DNA from: Faecousia sp.
Lineage (GTDB): Bacteria > Bacillota > Clostridia > Oscillospirales > Oscillospiraceae
DNA length: 57,464 bases
Assembly: GCA_045595205.1 (NCBI GenBank)
Contig: JAZNZZ010000120.1
Location: forward strand, 1-57,464
Direction: 5' to 3'
The number at the start of each line of letters is the position of its first letter. Positions within the stretch are counted from its first letter, which is position 1. The notes below the pieces were generated by a model. That model was given only the letters and a program-made list of their open reading frames with translations, was not told where the DNA came from and made no database searches. Position numbers and translations under genes: made by a program. Shown here piece by piece: positions 29,974-38,779 of the stretch.

Positions 29974-30768
29974 ATGAGTGAAATGAAATTCAGTTATTAT
30001 CCCGGCTGTACCCTCCGTAACAAAGCAAAGGATCTGGATGACTGTGCCCGCAAGAGTGCGTTGGCGCTTGGCTTTGAATTAGAGGAGCTTGACCGGTGGC
30101 AATGCTGCGGCGGTGTGTATCCCCTTGGCGCTGACGAGATCGCCAGCAAGCTTCCCTCTGTCCGTGCTTTGAACGCAGCTAAGGAGAAAGGGCAGGAGCT
30201 TGTGGCTGTATGTTCCGCCTGTTACCATGTACTGAAGCGTGTAAATGATGATATGGCAAATGTGGAAGATATCCGCAACCGTGCCAATCAATATATGGAA
30301 CTGGATGCGCCGTACGCCGGAGAGACAAATGTTCTTCATTTTCTGGAAGTGCTTCGCGACCGAGTCGGCTTTGATGAACTGAAGAAGAAGGTCGTTAATC
30401 CCTTAACCGGCAGAAAGATCGGTGCGTACTACGGCTGCTTACTTCTTCGTCCCAGTTCTGTTCTTGCTTTTGATGATCCGGAGAATCCGACGATCCTTGA
30501 AGATTTTATCCGTGCCATTGGTGCTGAGCCTGTAGTTTACCCTTACCGCAATGAATGCTGCGGCGGTTATATCAGCATCAAGGATAAGGAAGCATCTCAA
30601 AAGATGTGCGACAGGATCACGGAAAGCGCTGCAGGCTTTGAGGCAGACTGTCTTGTAACCGCCTGTCCTCTGTGCAAATATAATTTGAACAAATCCGGCA
30701 AGCTTCCTGTTGTTTATTTTACAGAGCTGCTTGCTGAGGCACTTGGAATCGAGGAGGTAAAGGAATGA
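29974..30768 (+). CDS. hdrB: Heterodisulfide reductase subunit B-like (CCG domains)
   Basis: YYPGC, QCCGG, CSAC, YYGCLLLRP, ECCGG, TACPLC. Confidence 0.9.
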   Translation: MSEMKFSYYPGCTLRNKAKDLDDCARKSALALGFELEELDRWQCCGGVYPLGADEIASKLPSVRALNAAKEKGQELVAVCSACYHVLKRVNDDMANVEDIRNRANQYMELDAPYAGETNVLHFLEVLRDRVGFDELKKKVVNPLTGRKIGAYYGCLLLRPSSVLAFDDPENPTILEDFIRAIGAEPVVYPYRNECCGGYISIKDKEASQKMCDRITESAAGFEADCLVTACPLCKYNLNKSGKLPVVYFTELLAEALGIEEVKE

Positions 30769-31142
30769 GTAGCGCTGAGAGAATCAAAGAGATCAGCGGT
30801 GTCAATCCGCTGAAGTGTATGAAGTGCGGCAAATGCTCTGCTTCCTGTCCCTCCTTTAATGAGATGGATATTAAACCCCATCAGTTTGTTACTTATGTTA
30901 TCAATGACGATGTGGAGGCTCTTGCAAACTCTGCATCAGCCTGGAAGTGTCTGAGCTGTTTTGCCTGTATTGAGCGTTGCCCTCGAAATGTACAGCCCGG
31001 CAAGCTGATCGATGCTGCCCGTCAAATGCTGATCCGTCAGCGTGGACAGGAGGGCTTGTCTCCTGACGAGATCCCGGAGCTTTTGGATGACGAAACACCG
31101 CAGCAGCTGCTGATGAGTGCTTTCAGAAAGTATCGGAGGTAA
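30765..31142 (+). CDS. hdrC: Heterodisulfide reductase subunit C-like (2x4Fe-4S)
   Basis: CMKCGKCSASCP and WKCLSCFACIERCP. Confidence 0.88.
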   Translation: MSSAERIKEISGVNPLKCMKCGKCSASCPSFNEMDIKPHQFVTYVINDDVEALANSASAWKCLSCFACIERCPRNVQPGKLIDAARQMLIRQRGQEGLSPDEIPELLDDETPQQLLMSAFRKYRR

Positions 31143-31145
31143 GAA

Positions 31146-33134
31146 ATGCGCAGAATTGGTGTTTTTGTCTGCCATTGCGGCAGTAATATTGCCGCTACGG
31201 TAGATGTTAAAAAGGTTGTTGAAATGGCACTTCTTGAACAGGGTGTCGTTCACGCAGAGGACTATCCTTATATGTGCTCCGAGGCAGGTCAGTCCCGTAT
31301 TGCTGAAGCGATCAAGGAGAAAAATCTCTCCGGTATTGTTGTTTGCTCCTGCTCTCCCAGAATGCACGAGGCTACCTTCCGCAAGTGTGCTGAGAGCAAC
31401 GGTCTGAATCCCTACCTTGTTGAAATCGCCAACATCCGCGTGCATTGCTCCTGGATTCACAAGGATATGGCAGAGGCAACAGAAAAGGCTGTAATTTTGA
31501 TGCGCGCAGCTGTTGCCAAAGTGCACCTGAATACTCCTTTGGAGGCTGGTGAAAGCGCTGTCACCAAGCGCGCCCTTGTGATCGGTGGCGGCATTGCCGG
31601 TATTCAGACGGCAATCGATATTGCAGACGCCGGCTATAAAGTGGACATTGTGGAAAAGACTCCTTCCATCGGTGGCAGAATGAGTCAGCTGGACAAGACC
31701 TTCCCCACACTGGACTGCTCCGCCTGTATCCTCACGCCCAAAATGGTGGAGGCTGCATCTCACGAGAACATCACGATCCATACATATTCCGAAGTGGAGA
31801 AGGTTTCCGGCTTCGTTGGTAACTTCACCGTGGATATTCGCAAGAAGGCACGCTATGTCAATATGGACAAATGTACCGGTTGCGGTGTCTGTCAGGAAAA
31901 GTGTCCTTCCAAAAAGCCGCTGAATGAGTTCAACCGTGGGCTGAACACGCGAACCGCGATCTATACGCCTTTTGCACAGGCGATCCCCAATGTTCCGGTG
32001 ATCGACCCTCAGAGCTGTATCAAGCTGAATACCGGCAAGTGTGGTGTTTGTGAGAAGTTCTGCCAGGCCGGTGCCATTGATTACACCCAGAAGGACGAGA
32101 TCATCACCGAGAATTACGGTGCAATCGTTGTTGCCACCGGCTTTGATACCATCAAGCTTGATAAGTATGGTGAATACGCTTATAACGAGAGCAAGGATGT
32201 GATCACCTCTCTTGAACTGGAGCGTATTATGAATGCCGCCGGACCTACCAAGGGTCATCTGGAGAGACTCTCTGACGGTAAAGCGCCCAAGGAGATCGTC
32301 TTCATTCAGTGTGTCGGCAGCCGCTGCTCTGATGAACGCGGTAAGCCTTACTGTTCCAAGATCTGCTGTATGTACACCGCAAAGCACGCAATGCTGATTC
32401 GGGACAAGTACCCGGATACCAATGTGACTGTTTTCTACATCGATGTGCGTACACCCGGTAAGAATTTTGATGAGTTCTATCGCCGTGCAGTGGAAGATTA
32501 CGGTGTAAATTATGTCAAGGGTCAGGTCGGTAAGGTTGCCCCTCAGCCGGACGGAAGCTTACTTGTCCACGGTGTCGATCTTCTTGAAAACAAGCAGATC
32601 CTGAAGAAGGCGGATATGGTCGTCCTTGCAACTGCGATCGAACCTAATCCGGATGTACGCAAGATCGCTACGATGCTGACTGCGTCCATTGATACCAACA
32701 ATTTCCTGACAGAGGCACACCCCAAGCTCCGTCCTGTGGAATCTCCCACAGCCGGTGTGTTCCTTTCCGGTGTGTGTCAGGGTCCCAAGGATATTCCTGA
32801 GACTGTTGCTCAGGCCGGTGCTGCTGCTGTTAAGGTCATTGGATTGCTTGCAAAAGACAAGCTCAAGACGAATCCCTGTACCGCCAAGGCGGATGAGCTG
32901 CGCTGCAACGGCTGCTCTCAGTGTGCCAATGTATGTCCCTACGGTGCGATCTCCTATGAGGTCCGCCAGGTCAATGATCACGGTATCCGTGAGGATCGCC
33001 GTATCGCGGTGGTCAACTCTGCGCTGTGTCAGGGCTGCGGTGCCTGTACTGTAACCTGTCCCAGCGGCGCTATGGACCTTCAGGGCTTTGCCAACAGACA
33101 AATCATTGCGGAGGTGGATGCAATATGCCGGTAA
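31146..33134 (+). CDS. hdrA: Heterodisulfide reductase subunit A (FAD, Fe-S)
   Basis: RIGVFVCHCGSNI, CSCSPRMHE, IGGGIAG, LDKTFPTLDCSACI, QCVGSR, YCSKICCMY, C-terminal ferredoxin. Confidence 0.96.
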   Translation: MRRIGVFVCHCGSNIAATVDVKKVVEMALLEQGVVHAEDYPYMCSEAGQSRIAEAIKEKNLSGIVVCSCSPRMHEATFRKCAESNGLNPYLVEIANIRVHCSWIHKDMAEATEKAVILMRAAVAKVHLNTPLEAGESAVTKRALVIGGGIAGIQTAIDIADAGYKVDIVEKTPSIGGRMSQLDKTFPTLDCSACILTPKMVEAASHENITIHTYSEVEKVSGFVGNFTVDIRKKARYVNMDKCTGCGVCQEKCPSKKPLNEFNRGLNTRTAIYTPFAQAIPNVPVIDPQSCIKLNTGKCGVCEKFCQAGAIDYTQKDEIITENYGAIVVATGFDTIKLDKYGEYAYNESKDVITSLELERIMNAAGPTKGHLERLSDGKAPKEIVFIQCVGSRCSDERGKPYCSKICCMYTAKHAMLIRDKYPDTNVTVFYIDVRTPGKNFDEFYRRAVEDYGVNYVKGQVGKVAPQPDGSLLVHGVDLLENKQILKKADMVVLATAIEPNPDVRKIATMLTASIDTNNFLTEAHPKLRPVESPTAGVFLSGVCQGPKDIPETVAQAGAAAVKVIGLLAKDKLKTNPCTAKADELRCNGCSQCANVCPYGAISYEVRQVNDHGIREDRRIAVVNSALCQGCGACTVTCPSGAMDLQGFANRQIIAEVDAICR

Positions 33135-33565
33135 ACAACGAAAACTGGAAGCCCACCATCGTGGCTTTCTGCTGCAATTGGTGCAGCTATGCAGGCGCTG
33201 ACCTTGCCGGTTCCAGCCGTCTTGCTTATCCTGCAAATGTAAAAATCATCAAAGTGCCCTGCTCCTGCCGTGTGAATCCTATGTTTATTCTCCGTGCATT
33301 TGAGAAAGGCGCTGACGGTGTGATTATGTGTGGCTGCCACCCCGGTGACTGTCACTACTCCACAGGTAATTACTACGCACGCCGCCGTATGACCCTTTTG
33401 TTCTCTATGCTGGATTATCTGGGCATTGAAGAGGGAAGAACCCGTGTTGAATGGGTCTCTGCTGCAGAAGGTGTGAAGTTCTCTGAAACGATGAACAGCT
33501 TCGCAAAGAAGATCAACGAGCTTGGACCGAGTGTCAGATTGGGGGATTTGAGATGCAAGAATTGA
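33125..33565 (+). CDS. flxD: MvhD-like 2Fe-2S subunit (FlxD)
   Basis: AFCCNWCSYAGAD, VPCSCRV, GCHPGDCHY, WVSAAEG; ATG 33125 behind GGAGG. Confidence 0.88.
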   Translation: MPVNNENWKPTIVAFCCNWCSYAGADLAGSSRLAYPANVKIIKVPCSCRVNPMFILRAFEKGADGVIMCGCHPGDCHYSTGNYYARRRMTLLFSMLDYLGIEEGRTRVEWVSAAEGVKFSETMNSFAKKINELGPSVRLGDLRCKN

Positions 33566-34512
33566 TTGAAAAAGCAAAATCCCTGCTGGAAAGCGGTCAG
33601 GTGGCCCGTGTTCTCGGCTGGAAGAAGGGCGAGAATGTGTGGGATGTAGAGCCCGCATTTTTTGAGAGCGTGGATTCTCTTGTTGACTTCGTGTATAACG
33701 GTTTTTGCGGTGCTAACTTAAGCAAGTATATGATCGAGGCCGGTAAGCTGGAAGGGAAGACTCTTGTTTTTCTGAAGCCCTGTGATTCTTACAGCTACAA
33801 TCAGCTTCTCCGGGAGCACCGTGTTGAAAGAGAGAAAGCATACATAGTTGGTGTTGGCTGTAAAGGCAAGCTTGCAGTCAGCAAGATCCCTTATGATGGA
33901 ATTCTGAATGTCACCGGTGCAGGTTATCCCGATGCTGCTGAAACGCTGAGCATCGAAACCCTTTACGGTACACAGGAGCTTTCCTATAAGGATGCAATGC
34001 TGGAGCGCTGCCATGTTTGCAAGGGAAAAGAACACGTCGTGTATGACGAGCTTTTGGGTGAGAGCTGTGATACCGTGGATGCTGACCGATTTGCAGAGGT
34101 CGAAAAAATCGAAGCAATGTCTCCTGAGGAGAAGTTTGCATTCTTCCAGAAGGAGCTGAGCAAGTGCATCCGCTGCAATGCCTGCAGAAATGTGTGTCCT
34201 GCCTGCTCCTGCCGCAAGTGCGTATTTGACAGCACTGCTTTCGATTCCGCCCAGAAGGCGAATACCACTTCTTTTGAAGAAAAGATGTTCCACATTATCC
34301 GTGCATTCCATGTGGCTGGTCGTTGCACCGATTGCGGTGAATGCAGCCGCGTGTGTCCCCAGGGTATCCCGCTTCATCTTTTCAACCGTAAATTCATTAA
34401 GGATATTAACGCTTTGTACGGCGAGTATCAGGCCGGTAGCGATTTGGAGACCAAGGCGCCTCTGACTTGCTTTACGACCGGTGATGCAGAGCCGGGCGTG
34501 GGCAGGGGGTAA
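33553..34512 (+). CDS. flxC: 4Fe-4S protein (FlxC-like)
   Basis: KPCD, CIRCNACRNVCPACSC, AGRCTDCGECSRVCP; position within the hdr-flx cluster. Confidence 0.75.
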   Translation: MQELIEKAKSLLESGQVARVLGWKKGENVWDVEPAFFESVDSLVDFVYNGFCGANLSKYMIEAGKLEGKTLVFLKPCDSYSYNQLLREHRVEREKAYIVGVGCKGKLAVSKIPYDGILNVTGAGYPDAAETLSIETLYGTQELSYKDAMLERCHVCKGKEHVVYDELLGESCDTVDADRFAEVEKIEAMSPEEKFAFFQKELSKCIRCNACRNVCPACSCRKCVFDSTAFDSAQKANTTSFEEKMFHIIRAFHVAGRCTDCGECSRVCPQGIPLHLFNRKFIKDINALYGEYQAGSDLETKAPLTCFTTGDAEPGVGRG

Positions 34513-35543
34513 TGGATATGTATAGAATTCTAAAAACCGATCTGCCTAAGCTGTATGCGGCAATGTCCAATGTGGGTGATTTGATCCTTCCTGTTAAGAC
34601 TGCCGGTAAAACCAATTACGCCGTTTGGAATGACGGTGCTCAGGTAGATATTGAGACCTTGAAAACGGTAAAATCCCCGAAGGATGCATTCTTCCCCCAG
34701 AGTGAAAATCTCTACACCTGCTGTAAGGAAGACGGCAAGACCACCATTACACAGCAGGATCGCTGTAATGCGCCCTTCGTTGTGTTTGGTATTAAGGCTT
34801 GTGATGTTCGTGGCATTGCTGTTCTGGATAAGGTTTTTCTCAGTGAGCCTGTGGACACCTATTATGCAGCACGCAGAGAGCACGGCATTATTGTTTCTCT
34901 TGCCTGCAGCCGTCCTGAGACCTCCTGCTTCTGCGGCACTTTCGGCATTGACTGTGCACAGCCGGAGGGTGATGTGGTCACCTGGCTGGCAGGGGAGTAC
35001 CTGTATTGGGATGCCCAAACAGAAAAGGGTAATTCTCTGACAGATAAGGTTTCTTCTGTTCTGGAAGCTTGCGATGCTGCTCCTGTTGAGGAAGCAAAAG
35101 CTGCGATCCGCGGGATCTGCCGGAAGCTGCCCCTGAAGGATCTGGATATTTCTGCCTGGGGAGCGGATGCTGCACAGAAGAATTTTGACTCACCTCTGTG
35201 GGAGCAGCTGTATAAGCCTTGTCTGGCTTGCGGAACCTGCACCTTCGTATGCCCCACCTGCCAGTGCTATGATATCAAGGACTATAACACCGGAAACGGC
35301 GTTCAGCGTTACCGTTGCTGGGACAGCTGTATGTACTCTGACTTTACAATGATGGCCCACGGCAACAACAGAAACAGCCAGATGCAGCGTTTCCGTCAGA
35401 GATTTATGCACAAGCTTGCATATTTCCCCGCAAACAATGACGGTATGTTCTCCTGTGTCGGTTGCGGCCGTTGTGTGGACAGCTGCCCCGCACACCTGAA
35501 CATCGTTAAAGTGATCAAAGCCTTTGGAAAGGAGGAGAAGTGA
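34512..35543 (+). CDS. flxB: 4Fe-4S protein, AsrA-like (FlxB)
   Basis: SPKDAFFPQSE, GIKACD, CLACGTCTFVCPTCQC, RCWDSC, CVGCGRCVDSCP. Confidence 0.78.
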   Translation: MDMYRILKTDLPKLYAAMSNVGDLILPVKTAGKTNYAVWNDGAQVDIETLKTVKSPKDAFFPQSENLYTCCKEDGKTTITQQDRCNAPFVVFGIKACDVRGIAVLDKVFLSEPVDTYYAARREHGIIVSLACSRPETSCFCGTFGIDCAQPEGDVVTWLAGEYLYWDAQTEKGNSLTDKVSSVLEACDAAPVEEAKAAIRGICRKLPLKDLDISAWGADAAQKNFDSPLWEQLYKPCLACGTCTFVCPTCQCYDIKDYNTGNGVQRYRCWDSCMYSDFTMMAHGNNRNSQMQRFRQRFMHKLAYFPANNDGMFSCVGCGRCVDSCPAHLNIVKVIKAFGKEEK

Positions 35544-36409
35544 TGAGTGAAGCAATGCACGAGTGTAAGTGCAATCCCGGTTTTATGCGGGATACTTTGA
35601 TTCCTCAGGTAGGCGTTATTACAGATATTCGGCAGGAGACCCCTGATGTAAAGACCTTCCGTGTCAACGCACCTGAGGGTGGTAAGCTTTTCGAGCATAT
35701 GCCCGGTCAGTGTGCAATGGTTTGCGTTCCCGGTGTCAGCGAGGCAATGTTCTCAATTACATCTTCTCCTACCAATAAGGAATATCAGGAGTTTTCCATT
35801 AAACGCTGCGGTGATCTTACGGATCGTCTTCATTCTCTACAGGTTGGTGATGAGGTCCTTGTTAGAGGTCCTTACGGAAATCATTTCCCTGTGGAGACGG
35901 AACTGAAGGGCAAAAACCTTCTGTTCATCGCAGGTGGTATTGGTCTTGCACCGCTTCGCAGTGTTATCAATTATGTACTGGACAACCGGGATAACTACGG
36001 TACGGTCGATATTCTTTATGGCTCCCGCAGCGCGGATGACCTTGTACGCCGCGATGAAATGGAGAATGTCTGGGCGAAGACTACCGGCGTAAATGTCTAT
36101 ATGACCATCGACAGACCCCAGGAGGGTTGGAATGGTCACGTGGGCTTTGTTCCCGCATATCTGGAGGAAGTCGGATTTGATACCAATAAGGTGGCGCTGC
36201 TTTGCGGTCCTCCCATTATGATCAAGTTCTGCCTGCAGGCTCTTGAGAAGCTTGGCTTCTCCAAGGAGCAGGTATATACCACTTTGGAGCTTAGAATGAA
36301 ATGTGGCGTTGGCAAATGCGGTCGCTGTAACATCGGAACAAAGTATGTCTGTAAGGATGGACCTGTGTTTCGGTTTGATCAGGTCGACGAGCTACCCAAC
36401 GAATATTAA
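35543..36409 (+). CDS. flxA: FAD/NAD-binding 2Fe-2S subunit, AsrB/PyrK-like (FlxA)
   Basis: PGQC, RGPYGN, AGGIGLAPLRS, CGPPIM, MKCGVGKCGRC...VCKDGPVF. Confidence 0.85.
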   Translation: MSEAMHECKCNPGFMRDTLIPQVGVITDIRQETPDVKTFRVNAPEGGKLFEHMPGQCAMVCVPGVSEAMFSITSSPTNKEYQEFSIKRCGDLTDRLHSLQVGDEVLVRGPYGNHFPVETELKGKNLLFIAGGIGLAPLRSVINYVLDNRDNYGTVDILYGSRSADDLVRRDEMENVWAKTTGVNVYMTIDRPQEGWNGHVGFVPAYLEEVGFDTNKVALLCGPPIMIKFCLQALEKLGFSKEQVYTTLELRMKCGVGKCGRCNIGTKYVCKDGPVFRFDQVDELPNEY

Positions 36410-36426
36410 GGAGGACCAAAACCGTT

Positions 36427-37101
36427 ATGGAAAATATGGTAAATGTCTATTTTTACGGTAAGAAATATGCTGTTCCCGGCGATCTGACCATTATGACCGC
36501 TATGGAGTACGCAGGCTATACCCTGAATCGTGGCTGTGGCTGCCGCCACGGCTTCTGTGGTGCCTGTGCTACCATCTACCGCATCAAGGGTAAGAACGAA
36601 TTAAAGACCTGTCTTGCCTGCCAGACTCAGGTTCAGGAAGGCATGTATGTTGCCTCCATTCCTTTCTTTCCCACGGATAAGAGAACTTACTCTATCGAAG
36701 AGCTGAGGGCTGACCAGCGGGTTATGATGGAACTCTATCCCGAGATCTATGCCTGTATCGGCTGTAATGCTTGCACAAAGGCTTGTACCCAGAGTCTAAA
36801 TGTTATGCAGTACATTGCTTATGCTCAGCGAGGCGAGCTTGAAAAGTGTGCGGAAGAGTCCTTTGACTGCGTCAGCTGTGGCTGCTGCTCCGTCCGCTGC
36901 CCCGCCGGGATCAGCCATCCGATGGTCGGTCTTCTGGCTCGCCGTTTGACCGGTAAGTACATTGCACCTAAGTCTGAACATGTTGAAAAGCGTGTTGAGG
37001 AGATCAACAAGGGCCAGTACGATGAACTGATCGAGGCTATTATGCAGAAGCCCATCACTGAGATGCAGGAACTGTACAATACCCGCGACATTGAAAAGTA
37101 A
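36427..37101 (+). CDS. Fumarate reductase-type iron-sulfur subunit (2Fe-2S + 2x4Fe-4S)
   Basis: GCRHGFCGAC...CLAC, CIGCNACTKAC, CVSCGCCSVRCP; directly upstream of the flavoprotein. Confidence 0.8.
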   Translation: MENMVNVYFYGKKYAVPGDLTIMTAMEYAGYTLNRGCGCRHGFCGACATIYRIKGKNELKTCLACQTQVQEGMYVASIPFFPTDKRTYSIEELRADQRVMMELYPEIYACIGCNACTKACTQSLNVMQYIAYAQRGELEKCAEESFDCVSCGCCSVRCPAGISHPMVGLLARRLTGKYIAPKSEHVEKRVEEINKGQYDELIEAIMQKPITEMQELYNTRDIEK

Positions 37102-37113
37102 GGAGGGAGAACC

Positions 37114-38712
37114 ATGTTTACACCGGAAATGCTGGAATCCATTAAGAAAGTGGAAGCCACCCGTGCCGAGAGAATGGGCATGGAACCCCGCCGTATGACT
37201 GCGGAGGAGAAGGATGAGCTGTTGAAGGCTTATCACCCTGACTATCGCCCGGAAGGATTTAAGGAAATCAAGATCGGACCCAACAAGGGTCAGAAAGCCC
37301 CCGTTGAGCTTACCAATCTGCTGCATTCCAACTCCAGACTGCTGAATGAAAAAATTGATTTGAGCAAGATCGATTACGATGTGGATGTTTTGGTGATCGG
37401 TGGCGGCGGTGCCGGTACTTCTGCTGCAATCGAAGCACACGAAGCCGGAGCAAATGTTATGATCGTCACCAAGCTTCGCATTGGTGATGCAAATACAATG
37501 ATGGCCGAAGGCGGCATTCAGGCTGCTGACAAGGAGAACGACTCTCCTGTGCAGCACTATCTGGATGCTTTTGGCGGTGGACACTTTGCTGCCCGTCCCG
37601 AGCTTCTTCGCCGCCTGGTTATGGAAGCACCTGATGCCATCCGTTGGTTGAATGACCTGGGTGTTATGTTCGATAAGGACGAGGACGGCCGTATGGTCAC
37701 TACCCACGGCGGCGGTACTTCCCGTAAGCGTATGCACGCCTGTAAGGATTACTCCGGCGCAGAGATTATGCGTACCGTTCGCGATGAGGCGCTGAACCGC
37801 CAGATCCCTGTGGTCGAGTTTACTTCTGCTGTGGAGCTGGTCAAGGACGATAAGGGTCAGGTTGCCGGTGCCGTTCTTCTGAATATGGAGACCGGTGACT
37901 ATATGGTTGCCAGAGCTAAGACTGTCATTATTGCAACCGGCGGTGCAGGTCGTCTGCACTATCAGAATTTCCCCACCTCCAACCACTACGGCGCTACTGC
38001 TGACGGTCTGATCCTTGGTTACCGCGCCGGCGCACCGCTCCTGTATCAGGATACCATTCAGTACCATCCCACAGGCGTTGCATATCCCTCTCAGATCTTT
38101 GGCGCTCTGGTTACGGAGAAGGTTCGCTCCATCGGCGCTATGCTGGTCAATAAAGACGGTGTCGCTTATGCACATCCTCTGGAAACAAGAGATGTTTCTG
38201 CATCTGCAATCATTCGTGAATGCGCCAACGGCAATGGTGTAGATACACCTCTGGGCAGCGGTGTCTGGCTGGATACACCTATGATCGAGATGCTTCACGG
38301 CGAAGGCACGATCGAAAAGCGAATTCCCGCAATGCTGCGTATGTATATGAACTACGGTATCGATATGCGTAAGCAGCCGATCCTGGTTTATCCCACGCTG
38401 CACTATCAGAACGGCGGTCTGGAGATCGGCGGTGATGGCTTTACCAAGGCTATCCCAAACCTGTTGGTTGCCGGTGAGGCTGTTGGCGGCATTCACGGCC
38501 GCAACCGACTGATGGGTAACAGTCTGCTGGACATCATCGTTTTCGGCAGAAATGCCGGTAAGGCTGCTGCTGCCCGGGCAAAGGAGATCGAGCTGGGACA
38601 GATGAACCTGGATCATATTCAGGCCTATGCTGAAGAATTGAAGGCTGCCGGTGTGGAGCAGGAGGGTGTATCTCCTCTGCTGCTGCCGAAGTATGCCCGT
38701 CACGAGAGATAA
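37114..38712 (+). CDS. Soluble fumarate reductase / succinate dehydrogenase-family flavoprotein
   Basis: IGGGGAG, MAEGG, ATGG, QYHPTG, TEKVR, ETRD, LHYQNGG, HGRNRLMGNSL. Confidence 0.85.
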   Translation: MFTPEMLESIKKVEATRAERMGMEPRRMTAEEKDELLKAYHPDYRPEGFKEIKIGPNKGQKAPVELTNLLHSNSRLLNEKIDLSKIDYDVDVLVIGGGGAGTSAAIEAHEAGANVMIVTKLRIGDANTMMAEGGIQAADKENDSPVQHYLDAFGGGHFAARPELLRRLVMEAPDAIRWLNDLGVMFDKDEDGRMVTTHGGGTSRKRMHACKDYSGAEIMRTVRDEALNRQIPVVEFTSAVELVKDDKGQVAGAVLLNMETGDYMVARAKTVIIATGGAGRLHYQNFPTSNHYGATADGLILGYRAGAPLLYQDTIQYHPTGVAYPSQIFGALVTEKVRSIGAMLVNKDGVAYAHPLETRDVSASAIIRECANGNGVDTPLGSGVWLDTPMIEMLHGEGTIEKRIPAMLRMYMNYGIDMRKQPILVYPTLHYQNGGLEIGGDGFTKAIPNLLVAGEAVGGIHGRNRLMGNSLLDIIVFGRNAGKAAAARAKEIELGQMNLDHIQAYAEELKAAGVEQEGVSPLLLPKYARHER

Positions 38713-38722
38713 TTATTTAAGA

Positions 38723-38755
38723 CTGCAGGGCAGGGGAGAGACCCCTGCCTTACAG
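38723..38755 (+). other. Intergenic GC hairpin without a U-tract (RNA stabiliser or weak terminator)
   Basis: GGCAGGGG-AGAGA-CCCCTGCC core with an extendable stem. Confidence 0.5.
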
Positions 38756-38779
38756 CCGTCTTAAGGAGATGGATTTAAA

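Noticed and set aside
29974-33565. Methanogen origin, or selenocysteine recoding in hdrA/mvhD
   Set aside because: The context is entirely Firmicute, the frames contain no in-frame TGA, and the relevant positions are Cys.
30936-38703. Long minus-strand ORFs opposite hdrA and the fumarate reductase genes (483 aa, 635 aa)
   Set aside because: Codon-register mirror frames of strongly biased genes; no independent signals.
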